Shown here: piece by piece, positions 22,808-35,069 of the stretch
How the letters are laid out: every line of letters begins with the position of its first letter
How positions within the stretch are numbered: position 1 is the first letter of the stretch
Source: Diplonema japonicum
Lineage: Eukaryota > Protista > Euglenozoa: Diplonemea
Assembly (NCBI GenBank): GCA_964019335.1
Contig: OZ025701.1
Coordinates: forward strand, 124,001 to 188,000
Reading direction: 5' to 3'
Length of the DNA: 64,000 nt
Translations under genes and position numbers: made by a program
Notes under the pieces: generated by a model
What the model saw: only the letters and a program-made list of their open reading frames with translations
Database searches by the model: none
What the model was told of the DNA's origin: nothing

Positions 22808-23774
22808 CTTTTTCTTTTTTTTTTTTTTTTTTTTGTTGCTTTGTATTGGGTAGTAGGTAAGATGGTATAATTGCGGCAGGAAAAAAAAAAAAAAAAAAAA
22901 AAAAGAAACTGTTAGAGAAAAAAAAAAAAAAAAATTACGGAGTAAACAAGAACTGTGCTTCAAGTGGACCAGGGAATGGATAAGGAAAACAAAACAAAAT
23001 AAAAATAAAAAAACTAGACTTTTTAAAGTTCGCGTTTTCGGCTCACCATCTAGTGGATATAAAAAAAATAAAAATAAAAAAAGGCGATCTAAAAAGGGAA
23101 AAAAAGGAGGAAAAAAAAACTGAGCCTTTCTTGATTTTCCTAAGTTCCTAAGGCCTTCCTTTTTTTTTCACCTCTTTCTGCAGTTTTCCAAGCTGGTCCA
23201 CAGCTTCATCAAGCACCTCACCATCGACATTGCTCCCTCCTACTAGCGCAGGTGTCTCTGCCACTTCAGGAAGAAAAGAAAAAAAGAAAAGATAAGAAGA
23301 GTGTTTTTTTTTTTTTAAAGTCCGAGTTTCTGGTTTTCTCTCTTCAAGTTTTTCTTTCTATTTCTTTTCATGTTACTATTTCTCTCCCCCCCCCCCCCCG
23401 TTAGTTCTGTTCTTCTTATTCTTATTCTTCTTCCTCTCTTCTTCCATCACCTTTTTTTCCCCCCTCACCCTCGTAATTATTATTTGTGGTTTCCTTTCTT
23501 CATTTCACCACCCCCCCCCCCCCCTTTTCTTTCGTACAGATAAAAAAAAAGCCCATTGTTGCTTCTGAAGGTTAATCGACAAGTTTGCCGCTGCTTTCTT
23601 TTTTACAAAGACACAAAAAGAAAGCTGAAGCAAAACAAAAAAATCAACAAAAGCGTGTTTTAAAGGGGGGGGGGGATGGGAGAAAAAAAATCACAATGAT
23701 ATGGGGGGGGGGGGGTGTGTGAACAACACTATTCCTTTTTCTTGTTACACTCCCCCCCTCCCCCCTTTTTTTTT

Positions 23775-25307
23775 TCACACCAAGTTGGGTTTCTCAGGCC
23801 GTAACCGCCTGAAGGGGTGCGCTTCAGTCGATAACACATATTTATCTAACGGCAGCAAGCTCTCATCAGAGAAGATCAAGTACAAGTACTTCACCGTCTC
23901 AGCAAGAAAAAACGACTGCATCTGATTATCTTTGTAACCCCCATTGGGCGCGTCAACATCGGTAAGCCCGGAGTAAGCAATCGGAGTCTTACAATATTTC
24001 TCAATTGCCAGGAACATCTCCCATGCCCATTCTTGGTACTTCGGGTCCTTCGTCTGCCTGTACAGAATAAACAATGATTCAAGCACCTCGGGACGAAGCT
24101 GATATTTCGGATCTGTCACACGGAAATCTCTGTTCAACGCGGAAAAACTTACAATCTCCGCACCAATACCCGTTGACATTGTACTGTACAAGGACCGGCA
24201 AGTGTGCATCAACCGCTTTGCTAGCCTCATGTCAGCGGTATTGTTGGCACCGAGTGCAATCATCCCGGGTACAAAGCAAGAGAGATGATCCATGTTGAAC
24301 GTCATGCCTTTCTGATAAGACGAAATAAACAGATTCCCTCGAAGGGTGCTCTTGTCGATGAGGTACGCCTTGAGGCCTTCAACAGAATCGTCGTAAAGAT
24401 CGCGGAGCCACGCTTCCTTTTTCCCGTCGAGAAGCCATAATTTTAGAAGGTACTCGTAAAAACTATCGCCCTGTCCTCCTATGGAGTACACGTCAGAGTC
24501 GAACTCACCCTTTACAATGTCGAAGAATAAAGGCCACAAACCTTTCGGATGCGGTGATGAGCCTGATTGACGCAGGTCCCAGAGAGTTTCAAAGAATCTG
24601 TTAGCTGCCAACGCGTACTTGTTATCACCTGTTACTATTGACAAATACGAGAATTCAAGTTGAACGGACCCGACCTCCGCAAGGCATGGTGTGTATGGGG
24701 AGTTTGCTTCGTTTTGATACATGTTGATACGAGTGTGAGGGGCACCTGATGGGGTGTTGAATGCGATGAGAAGGCGGTCGGCGAGCTCCTTTGCCTTGTC
24801 GAGGTACACAGGGTCGTCTGATAGAGAATAGGCTCCTAGAAGCCCTCCCAGATGGCGGATAGTTGTTTCAAAAACAGATTGCGGGCCGCCTGATGGAGCG
24901 TCCCATTTAATGTCCTTTACGAAATCTCTTGCTTCCGCTACTTCTTCATCCATGCCGAGGAGCATCATGGTGTCGATGCTGTCTACTAAGGTTATGCCCC
25001 ACCCGCCCCATTCGTCTGTTGCTTCTGCTGTGACGGGTTTTAGTTCGTCGTGCCCCCATGCGTATTTTTTGTACCCTTTCCATGCGTGTTTGAACATGGC
25101 TTTTACTTTTTGTCTTTTGTCTTCCAAGCTTGCTGCTGAGGCGCGTTCTTCTTCGGCTTCTGAGGGCGGTGGTGGGGTGTACCCTTTCATTGCTACCAGT
25201 ATTAAGCCCATCAACACCACCATCAACACCAATACCGGGTTTGTCTTGCAAGGTAAGGTAGCGTCCAGGAGCTTTCCCTTGATCTCTTTTCGGTCAGGGA
25301 TGTCCAT
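23775..25307 (-). CDS. MNS1: Class I alpha-1,2-mannosidase (GH47), type II membrane protein
   Basis: Motifs WGHDELKP, LVDSIDT, VFETTIRHLGGLLGAY, LAEVGSVQLEF, DSFYEYLLK, MDHLSCF, YQLRPE, SFFLAETVKYLYLIF, STEAHP, plus an N-terminal TM helix. Confidence 0.95.
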   Translation of the reverse strand: MDIPDRKEIKGKLLDATLPCKTNPVLVLMVVLMGLILVAMKGYTPPPPSEAEEERASAASLEDKRQKVKAMFKHAWKGYKKYAWGHDELKPVTAEATDEWGGWGITLVDSIDTMMLLGMDEEVAEARDFVKDIKWDAPSGGPQSVFETTIRHLGGLLGAYSLSDDPVYLDKAKELADRLLIAFNTPSGAPHTRINMYQNEANSPYTPCLAEVGSVQLEFSYLSIVTGDNKYALAANRFFETLWDLRQSGSSPHPKGLWPLFFDIVKGEFDSDVYSIGGQGDSFYEYLLKLWLLDGKKEAWLRDLYDDSVEGLKAYLIDKSTLRGNLFISSYQKGMTFNMDHLSCFVPGMIALGANNTADMRLAKRLMHTCRSLYSTMSTGIGAEIVSFSALNRDFRVTDPKYQLRPEVLESLFILYRQTKDPKYQEWAWEMFLAIEKYCKTPIAYSGLTDVDAPNGGYKDNQMQSFFLAETVKYLYLIFSDESLLPLDKYVLSTEAHPFRRLRPEKPNLV

Positions 25308-25419
25308 GTTTCTTTTTTTCTTTTTCTCTTTTTTTTTTCCTCTTTTTTTTTTTGGAGTTTATGGTCCACCCTCCCCCTCCCTCCCTTTTTATATGTTAAA
25401 TTCCTTTTTTTTTTTTTTC

Positions 25420-25820
25420 TCAGAGATCTGAGGCGGGCTGTGGAGGTGGTGAACAGCGTGAAGAAGGTTTGTGACGACGCTGACAGTGAACGGGAAGGGT
25501 TGTGGCGTACAAGTACAAGATGACGTAGAAGCGGTGAGGAAGCTGGTGGAACAAGCCAACCTCAGGGTGACAAAGAAGATCTCATAGGATCTTAGAGCGG
25601 TGACACCAGTACAGGAACACATCGCTGGTCTCGACACACCCCTGTACTACGTGCCAGTAATGAAAGTTCCAGAAGTCGCCTATAGCACCGCCGGAAGCAC
25701 TTCTATAGAGTCGGTCTCCCCCAAGGGAACAACACGAGAGGGGAGGGACGGGCAGAGCTGTGGGTACACACAGAAGCAATTCTGGCCTCCTACAGTAGGG
25801 ATAACGGACAAGCTGCCTCT
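25420..25820 (+). pseudogene. Decayed coding-like fragment, possibly a non-LTR retroelement RT remnant
   Basis: Non-homopolymeric island with a stop-broken frame ..VQDDVEAVRKLVEQANLRVTKK*, loosely like RT YxDD..L.vn..K. Orientation is opposite to all genes. Confidence 0.25.
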
Positions 25821-26833
25821 ACTCTTTTTTTCTTCTTTTTTTTTTTGCAATAACAATGAGAAGATGAAAATGAAGGAAATGGGAGCAGTTTTCTTTTATA
25901 TTAACTCTGTTCGAGGGAAAAAAAAAAAAAAAAAAAAAAAAAAGGAGAAATAAAAAGAGTAAGGCGCCCTGGTTGCACTCTTTAACGTCGATCCACTCCG
26001 CCGAAAAAAAAGGGGGGGGGCTAACTCTGTCGCGTGGTTCCTTCTCTTTTCTTTTTCGTTTTTTTTTTTCCTTCTTTTTTTTTCCTTCTTTTTTTTTTCT
26101 TTTCTACTTTAGAAATATTGCGAATAGAAGAAAGATTTAAGAAAAAGTAGAGAACGAGACAGTATGCTGTACCAAACGCGCCTTTTTTCTTTTTAAAAAA
26201 AAAAAAGAAGCACGATCTCTCATAATAAAAGAAGGGGAAAAAAAAAAGAGAAGATTCCAAAAGAAACGTGTTAGCCCACCCTTTTAAGAAAACTACTAAA
26301 AACAACAAGACAACGCACTGCATATAAAAAAAGTAGAAGAAAAGAAAAAAAGGAAGAAGAACTGTAAATAGTAAAACGGAATTTTAATAATAATAATAAT
26401 AATAAAAAACCTTCCCATGACCAAGGCTTTTTCTTCTTTTTTCTTTTTTTTCCCTTCTTCATTTTGGAATTTAGGCTATGGGAGGCGGGGACGCTCGAAT
26501 TTTCTTTTCTTTTTTTCTTCCCCGTTTTTAATAAAAAATAGTATGGGGGGGGGGGGGGGGGGGGGGCGTCCTCCCTTTCTTCAAGATTTAAGATTGTGGA
26601 GAAAAATACTAGAAACGGGGAAAAAAAAAAAAAAAAAAAAAGGAAAATGACACATTGAAGGTGTGGCTGCTATGTTCTTCGCCTTCACATCCAGCTTTCT
26701 AATCAGCCTCCCCTCAAAAAAAAAAACCCCCTTTTTTTTTTTTGAATGTAAAAATCTCAAAAAAAAAAAAAAAAAAAAAAAAACCCGGTGTGTAAATGAA
26801 ATGAAACTTGCACAGGATGAGAGGAAAATGCTA

Positions 26834-28736
26834 TCAGTGATGGGTGTAAATGGACTGGAACTGATTGGGCCGGCCTCCTGACTGAGAAGCGTTCCGCGTG
26901 GTGTGCGGTACAATCGAAATATCAATCAAATCAGAAACCATATCATCACGTAGGTCCTCTGCGATCATGGGGGACCCGTTGACCTCCAGGAGCCATACGT
27001 TGAGATTCTTGTCCAGAATAAAATCGAACCCGAGAAGTTGGAACCCCTTCAGAGGGTGCCTCGGGGGAGAGATCCCTCTTAAGGCTTCGCTTATGACAGT
27101 CGCAGTAATCTTGTCCATCTGCGGCACAATATCTCTGTCAAAATCGGCCTCGCCCCGCGTCACATCACGAAGGTATTTCCTGAACCCCCCGTACCACATC
27201 TCATTGCCTTTTTCGTATTGACCATATAGAGGGCTGTCATTTTTTTTTTTTTTTTTTTTTTTTTTTTGTTCCATACGCAGTTTGCTGGATGCAATGATTG
27301 GTCAAATGTGCCAATTCGTTCCCATAATCGTCAACACGGTATTCTGAGGAAGCTGTGCGAAGCACTCCATTCCTTGAGACGTGAACAGAGAAGTCGCCAT
27401 TGATGAGGACCCATGACCTGATGTCCGCTTTCCTTCCGTTGATAAGGAATGGTTCTTCGATGTACCTCTGTGCGACCCATGGGTAGGCGTACAGCTGTGA
27501 ATCGACGTGATCGACGCACTCCTTGTAGCTCTTTGTGATGAGTATTCCATCACCTTTGGAACCGTTGGAGGGTTTTAAGATCCACAACCCCTTCGGCCCC
27601 GTGCGCCACGCTTCGTGGAACAGATGTCTTTCATCGGCTGACCCCGGACGGAGGCAGAATGTTGCCGGCAGCCACTTCTCCCTTCCCGGCACGTATTTCA
27701 GCAACTCCGCCATTTTTAGTTTTAAGGTCATGCATCTTGTCCCTTTGAAGTAGTTCACGACCGTCTTCGCCTGTCTCTTCAGACTGGGCCCCACCATCAC
27801 ACCGAGCGATATCGACTCCACATCAGCGATGAGTTTCTCTGCAGCCGGTTTTTCCATCAATAACAACTGGTACCCCGACAGTACATCGGCAAGCCCTTTC
27901 CTTGAGAACTGTGCCTTCCCCTGTGCGGTTGTGACGTGCCATCCCCTTTTCTGTAGGATCTCCGCTATTCTCACGAACGTAGTACCGGATTGCGGGAAGA
28001 TGAGTGCACTGCAGCTCTCCGTCGGGTGTTTCTTCACAGAAGGCGGGAGGAGGGGCCGCGAGCGTACCCCGCTGCGGTGCTGCGCTGAGTGGTACCAGCA
28101 GAAGCCGTTCAAGAGCAGTTTCTTCAAAACGTCGTACTCAGGGCGGGTTTTATTGGTGATCTGCACCTCAGCAGTGATGCCTGGGTACCGCTTCAGAAGG
28201 GGTGCTATCTCGTTACAGTGGTACGGCAATGTACCAAGCTTTGACAGGCTGTAAGACGCCACCATAAGAGAGAGGGAGAAGATACGTGCACCGGGCTCTT
28301 CGAGAGGGGTTGTAGAGAAGGTGCGAAGGGCCAGCATGCAATCCTTGACCTGTTCGTAGGCGAGCATGAAGTTGGACTCCAGGAGATTGCACATCCCGCA
28401 TGTCGCCGTGATAAGGATCGAAATAAAACACTCCTTTGACAGTGTTCCGTACCCGTCCGCAGCAGGCATCACGAACCCTAAGTTGGACAGCCTTTGAAGC
28501 GCTTTCTTTATAGACCCTCTCCACACCTCCAGGAGCCCTAGAAGCATTTGTGTCTCGCGTCGTAAGTCGCCCTTGCCTCTTACTTCAGCTTCTTCGAGCA
28601 TCTCCTTCGCACCCTTGCACCCCATCATTGCCCCTTTCTCTTCCCAGTTTTCTTTCAGTACCTTCACGCACAAGATATCTGCGGCACCTTTGTTGAGCTG
28701 CTGTACATAAGCAGCATCGCTCTCCTCAACAGGCAT
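26834..28736 (-). CDS. TTL: Tubulin-tyrosine ligase with N-terminal helical extension (619 aa); intron 27234..27276
   Basis: WILKPSNGSKGDGI, AQRYIEEPFLI..RKADIRSWVL, GVLRTAS, HLTNHCIQ..YGQYEKGNEM, FQLLGFDFILD..WLLEVNGSP. The HLTNHCIQ/GNEM pattern matches TTL proper. Confidence 0.88.
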
Positions 28737-28837
28737 CCCCGTGTCCCTGCTCTGATATGATGTGAGGCGACACAGAAAACTCAAAATCTTACTAAAAAAA
28801 ACATACAAAACATGTACAGAAATATACGAACAGTCAC

Positions 28838-31591
28838 TCAGCAGGGTAGAGGGGGGGCTGAAAGTGTCGGTTAGTTATTTATCTTTTTCGAACCAAGGAG
28901 CTCACGGTAAGCCTTTTGAAGAGCGCCCTCCGATCGCTGGATGGCTGCCTGGCGGGCAGTAAGGGAGAACGTAGACTCCTTTTCCAACTGTTTCTCTTGC
29001 TGGACCCGCTCGTGGTGTTTGTAGTGAGGGTAAATAGACAGCTTTCGATAGGCCTGAGCGAGGAGACGAGTGGTGTGCTGCTTCTCAGTAAGCGGGAAAG
29101 GCGCGAGCATGTGGTGCCTTGTTTGGGTTTGCACAGATATTGCTGAGACGCGAGCCTTGGCCTTCTGGGCGACACGTGCCATTTTGTTCCTCATCTTTTC
29201 TAGCTTCGCCTCGTTCCTCCTGGCTACCTCTTCGTAGCTCGAAGTCACGGAGTGCGCGTCCTCCATCCTCTCCCTGAGTTCATCTATTGCCTTGCCCGTC
29301 CCTCTCTTGTTCAGCTCATGCTCAGCAAGCTTGTCCTCCAACAGCCTCACTGCCCCCTTTAGGTCTTCGCACTCTGCCGTTTTGTCTATCACTGCTTGCT
29401 GCAGATCACCTGCAGTCTTGATCATTTTCCCCGTTTCAGATGTCAGGGTGCTTATCTTCTCGCTCTGTTCAATGACCTCGTCCTCCAGCCGTGCCACAGC
29501 GATCGCCTTCGTTTGCACAGTTGTTTCCATGATTTCAAGCTCCTCCTGCTTCTTCCGCATGTCCGTAACAAGCTTCTGCGAATTGTTATCCAACAGGCAT
29601 TCCAAGGTACTGATCTGCCCTTCATGCTCTGTCACAGTTTCCCGTAGTAGAGAGGCCTGTCTCTCCAACTCTTCGGTCATGCGAATGGCGCTATTAAGCT
29701 CCTCTTCTTTTTCCATCTTGTACTTCGCGAAGTCTTGCTGCAATGCCGCATGGTCGCTGTCGGCTTGGTTGAGGATCTGCTTAAAACTGGCCAGCCCGTC
29801 GTTCTTCTGGCTGATGATTGAGTCCTTCGAGCTGATGACGGACTGGTGCTCCCTCAGTTGCTCTTCAAGCTGTGTAATGATAGCGTTCAAGGTTTGCTCT
29901 TTGTTCTTTGCTTGCTCCGTGTGTTGAGTGAGCATCGATGCCTGCTGTGTGTGGATAGACTCTTTCTCTTCCATGGCAAGCTTTGTGGAATGTAACACCC
30001 TCAGTGAGTTCTCTTCCACCTCGTGCATCGACTGCTGCATTCTGCCTTTTTCTTCGAGCGCCGCGCGTAACTCGCACTGTGCCTCTTCCAGTTCCCTCTT
30101 CCTACGATCCTCCGCGTCGATGATGTTCTGCCGCAAGGCAGCCATTCTCTCTTCATACTCTTGCATGACCCGCTTCTGCTCCTCCACGGAGGCCAGCACC
30201 CTTTGTTTTTCTTTTGTGGATTTGTCAAGTTCGAGATGTGCATTTGAGACTAGCTCCTGCATAGCCCGAACTTCATCAGGGGCTGTTCCTTTTCCAATTA
30301 CCCTGGCTCGGTCGCCTTTGCGAGTCAAGCTGACAAAGGGTCGCAGCATGCTGCCCCCTATCACAGACACGTCGATGGCATCGTTGACTGCCACATTGTT
30401 CACGTAGAATTTCACTGTCTTCACATACTCTGTGAGGTTCACGTGCACCGCGATGCGTGAGCCCTCACAGAGCTTGTCATGCTTGCTGTATGTGTTCCCC
30501 CCGATGATGAGCAGTCCGTCGCTGCGCAGCTCCACCCTCTCCCCCATGCAGTCTGCGCCGACACCTACACGTCCGTTTATAACCTCGAGCTCAACCTCAA
30601 AGGTGTACAGCCCCCATGTTATCACCCCAGAAGAAAACACTTCACTTGGCACGTCTTTCGTGAGGTACGCTGTCCTATCCTTGTTGGTGAGCACTACACA
30701 CGGCCCACAGCGTGTGTGGTCGAATGTGAGATAGCCTTCCGGCAGCGCCTCGTCGCTGGGTGCTTCGGGAGAATGCCATTTAGAAGGACACCACAGCTTG
30801 CAGTGAGTGACACCGTTGCACCCTGGGCAAACAGCCTCCAGAGGGGCTTCAAGGACATCCTGCGGCAGTTTTTGTTCTAAGGTTGCTATCTTGCCGGAAA
30901 GCCGTTCTCGCTCAGTGCGAGCAAGGATGCGCTCTTGCTTTGCTTGGATGAGGCGCTGCTCGAGGTCGTGCACAACACGCTTGTTCCGAACGCTCTCAGC
31001 AGCAGTGGTGTCGAACGTAGCAAAGTGGCCGTCGTCGCTGGACGAGTCAGAGTACACTTCCTCCTGTGCAGGTGGCGTAGCAACCAAGGGGGAAAAGGGA
31101 ACCAAAGGCCGCAAGGCAGGTGAGTCATCGTTCAGAACGATAGCAGGAGGGGGATCTAAGGGGCTCGGGCTGCCCGCAGCTACGGCTGGGGTGTCAGCAC
31201 TGGGCCTATAAGGTGTGATAGGGCTAGCATCCGCGGCGAGGGGTCCGGGCCCTTTGCTATAAACTGAGGGGCTCCCAACTTCTGTATCGAACTGACGTAG
31301 GTCATCAGGGCTCCCCGATGGTTCTGTTGGCAAACTCCCAACCGGCATGTTATGCTTGATAGGTAAGTCTTTAATAAGTGTTGCCACACTGGCGACCACC
31401 CGCTCTTCGTCCTTTTGGAGGCATGTGACCCTTTTCTTTGTCTCAAGGAAGTTGAATGATAATGCGTCATACAGGATCTCCCTTACAGGACCACGTCCTT
31501 TGGACAGCCCCACCGAGTAGAAAAGCTCCCTGTCCTGCACCCAGAACCTAACAACTTTGCCGTTTGCGATAGGAAAGTTGACCTCATCCAT
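28838..31591 (-). CDS. SPRY/B30.2-like domain + long coiled-coil protein; probable last intron 28858..28905
   Basis: 906-aa ORF with a SPRY-like beta region (GLYTFEVEL..VGVG..GSRIAVHVNL..VKFYVNN..LRPFVSL) and a long coiled coil. The last intron GTGAGC..CTAAC..TTTCAG gives the end YPPPLPC*. Confidence 0.8.
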
Positions 31592-31680
31592 CGTGTATCA
31601 TGCCTCGCTGTGGTGGTGGGGGGGGGGGGGGGGGGGGGGTGTTCTTGACGCATTCACGACAAAAAAAAAAAAGGGTGCAG

Positions 31681-32658
31681 TTAAACTGAATTATCTAGAC
31701 TGTTTAGGATATTCGACAGCATGCCAACAGAGCCATCATAGCAAAGGTGAAGCTTGTCAAGACGGAAAAGCGAGGTGGGGTGCGTGCCGAGCATAGCACC
31801 TAGTTCAGCCGTGGGAAGAACGCGCACCCTGTAACGTGACGCTCTTGAAGCAAGATACTTCCTCAACTCGGTGTTGTGATCGTGTAAAAGCACAGAGTCG
31901 TTGTACAAGCCGCCGAAAGACACAATGAGAGAGTCGGCAGGTTCGATGGGAAGATGTGGGAGGACAGAGGCAGGGTGATCACTTTCACCACGCATGAGGA
32001 TGTCGGTCAGCTGGAAAGCCACGCTAACGTTTCTAGGGGTTGTGATCTTTAGAATCTTCATAGGGGTGGGGGTGTACCATTCAGACTTTCCCCGGATGGC
32101 ACCCACCACCCCATGCTTTACAAAGTTCAGGTATGACGTGAACATGAAATCGGGTATCGAAAACCGTTTGTCTCTGCTTCTATACTTCCCTTTTGCAGAT
32201 GGTATCCCTGATCTCTGAAGCCCTCCTTCTGTGGTGTGGTACAGCCACTCTCGTTGTGTTTTCTCAGGATCGGATTGAAACGACAGCCAGCAAACAAGGA
32301 CTTTGAACTGTTCATGCATGCGGGTGTCGCCTATCATCCAAATTGTGGTATTCGGAGGTGATTTTGACAGGTATTCCCACCAAGCCCTTCCAGGTCTGTT
32401 ATTCTTCATTTCCCAGCAGGAATTGACTGACATTTTCCCTCCAGGTGTGTTCCTGCACCGATGGGGCGTTCCCTCGCCCATCCATGGGCACCTCCCTGGT
32501 TCCTCCTTCACCTCCCTCCATTCACACCTTGTTTTTTTTATCGCGGGAGGGCTGCTTGGCGGGTTTGTAAACTCGTACCAAGAAGCCGTTATGGTGACCA
32601 AACCTACTCCGAATGCCACACATAGCAGAAGCTCATGCCGGCTCAGAAAGAACAACAT
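31681..32658 (-). CDS. SGNH/PC-esterase (TBL/CAS1-like) type II membrane protein
   Basis: N-terminal TM, Cys-containing stem, WMIGDTRMHEQFKVLVCWL (GDS-like block) and C-terminal DKLHLC (DxxH). Confidence 0.65.
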   Translation of the reverse strand: MLFFLSRHELLLCVAFGVGLVTITASWYEFTNPPSSPPAIKKTRCEWREVKEEPGRCPWMGEGTPHRCRNTPGGKMSVNSCWEMKNNRPGRAWWEYLSKSPPNTTIWMIGDTRMHEQFKVLVCWLSFQSDPEKTQREWLYHTTEGGLQRSGIPSAKGKYRSRDKRFSIPDFMFTSYLNFVKHGVVGAIRGKSEWYTPTPMKILKITTPRNVSVAFQLTDILMRGESDHPASVLPHLPIEPADSLIVSFGGLYNDSVLLHDHNTELRKYLASRASRYRVRVLPTAELGAMLGTHPTSLFRLDKLHLCYDGSVGMLSNILNSLDNSV

Positions 32659-32786
32659 GGACCTGCAAACGGTTTTTTTCTTTTTTTTTTTTTTTGCTCC
32701 CTTCTGAACGTAAAAGGAAGGGGGGGGGGGGGGGGAAAGAAATCAACAAAGTCCAGATTTCTCTGCAATGTACAGTACTACACACA

Positions 32787-32818
<32 letters not shown>

Positions 32819-32934
32819 CCCTTTCTCTTTCTTTTTTTTTTCCATCCCGCCCCTTTCTGGCAGGAAAAGGGATAATACGATGAACGAGAAATAATTTCTT
32901 CATATCCCCTCTTCCTGTCCACCACCTCCACTAT

Positions 32935-32969
<35 letters not shown>

Positions 32970-33388
32970 TGCGCGGATTCCTGTAAACTTCATCAAAGGA
33001 AAGAAAGAAAAAAGAGAGGGGTGGGTATAAAAAAACAAGTATAAAAGATGAACGGCGAAAGAAGAAAGAGAAAAAAAAAAAGAGTCGGTTTGATTGTTGT
33101 TTGTGCACAGCCAGGATTTAACCTGTAGAAGGATAAGCCCAACAATGCCACCACTACTCTTTTTTTTAATAACAACATTCATTATCAAATAATAATTGTT
33201 TTTCTTGTTCAAGTTAAAAAGAAAAAAAAAAACAATATTTTTCTCGCACAATTATTTTGGAATTTGGAAAAAAGAAAAACAAAATATGGAAAGGGTTTCA
33301 AAATTGAATTATGATGAAGATCCACCCCAAAAAAAATCTCACCGGCTGCATGCACGGGAAAGAGGACAAAAAAAAAAAAAAACAGAAT

Positions 33389-34567
33389 TCAAACAACAGC
33401 AAGTAACGACAAAGCAAGAACGGAAAGCATGGTGCAAGTAGGCCCCGCACTGTACATCTCAATCGACTTACCGACAAGTGGCCCTGCTACTATGCTTAGA
33501 GCCTTGCAGATCCCGGCGTAGGCACTTAGGGTGGTCGCCCGCGTCCCGTCTTGCAAGCCGACCTGCTTGTTGATGTAAGAGGAGGTCATTGGCCACATGA
33601 CACCCCTCACGACACCTAAGATGCTATTCGCCAACAGGACGAAGGCCACATGTGGAAGTGTGAACAGCATGTAGCACACCGCCGTCGCGAAACTTTGTGA
33701 TTCTTTTTTTTTTTTTTTTTAAATAAAATACCTCAGCATAGCGACGACACTGCCTTCGCTGCCACCGACCAGCGCCAGGATCTTGGGTGCGTACATGGAA
33801 CCCACTGATCCGGCTGCGTTCACAGCAAACCACACCCACCCATACACAGCAGGGCTGAGCCCGTGGGCCCTCCATAAAACAGGAGCCAACCACACAGAGA
33901 TATACGTAAACGTCGAGAGAATCGACAACGGTGTGAGAATGCCGTGCGAGGCGTTCCGGAAGACCACTGCATAGGGGATAGGGTTGTAAATAGACGCCTC
34001 GTTCGGGGTAGTGGGGTTTGTGAGGAACCCTGCCAAAACAGCACCTATAAAGGTAGGCAGCGCAGAGAGGATGATGGCGTGCTGCGGAAGGAGGAAACCG
34101 CCGAAAACAGAGAAAACCGCCTCTGTAGTTGTGACATATGAGATGTGTCGGGACTCGTGTTTGAGCGCGTCTTTCTTCTCAAGATTTAGAGACCGGACTG
34201 TTTCGTGAAGGAGGGCTACGTCAGTTCCGCTGAAGAGGGCACATCCTATGGGTTTTACCACAGCTGATGCCCAGACAAAGCCCATGCCAAGGAGGAGATA
34301 CCCAATGCACAGCAGCAGGAAGGACACAACTAGCGTAGCCTTTCTCCCCAGCCTGTCAGCTACCCACCCGCTTGGAATCTCAGCTACAACGGTCACAGCG
34401 GAGGCCAGGCTCGTTACTAGGAACACTTCTTCCATCCCCAACCCCAGATCCGTGAACCATAGGTACATCACGGGGACAGCGGGGACAGCTTGTCGGAGAC
34501 ACCTCACCCATAACAGCACATCCAACTGCCATTCCTGTACTTCTTTGTTTTTTGCCGTGTACCCCAT
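33389..34567 (-). CDS. Major facilitator superfamily transporter (379 aa); intron 33693..33731
   Basis: MFS motif A EIPSGWVADRLGRK, ALFSGTDVALLHE, C-terminal RATTLS, and many hydrophobic helices. Confidence 0.88.
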
Positions 34568-35069
34568 TCCCTCCCCTCTCCCTCCCCCACCTTTGTTGTA
34601 CAAATGTGGGAAAATCGTAGGGGAACTTTTTTTTTGAGGGGGTCAGAAAACGGAAAGATAGTTTTTTGAAAGAAAAAAGAAGAGCCACAGATCGCTAAAA
34701 GAAAGTGGAATGAATGGGGTGTGATGGCACTAAGAAAAAAAAGGGGGGCGGGGACACACGAACCAAAGCAATCACTTTTTTTTTTTGCCCATTTTCTTTT
34801 TTTTTTTTTTTTTTTTTTTGTTGCTGTTCAACAAAACTACTCATTTGAAGCCTAGTCGGGGGTTCATTAGTTCCTCCCGTTCAGATGGATAAAAAAAAAC
34901 CCCTCTGGAAAAATGCTATGATCACCCCTCCTTTTTTTCCCCCCCCGCTTCCATGCTTTGTAATAAAATAATCTAAAATATAAGGAAAAAAAAATGTAAG
35001 ACATAGAAAAATAACATTAAGTTCATAACATCTACTTTCAACATCTACTATAAAAATATAAAAAAATAT

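Noticed and set aside
26834-31591. Fusion of the SPRY coiled-coil protein to TTL
   Set aside because: The best splice of the upstream gene reaches a stop at 28838. TTL has its own acceptor and ATG.
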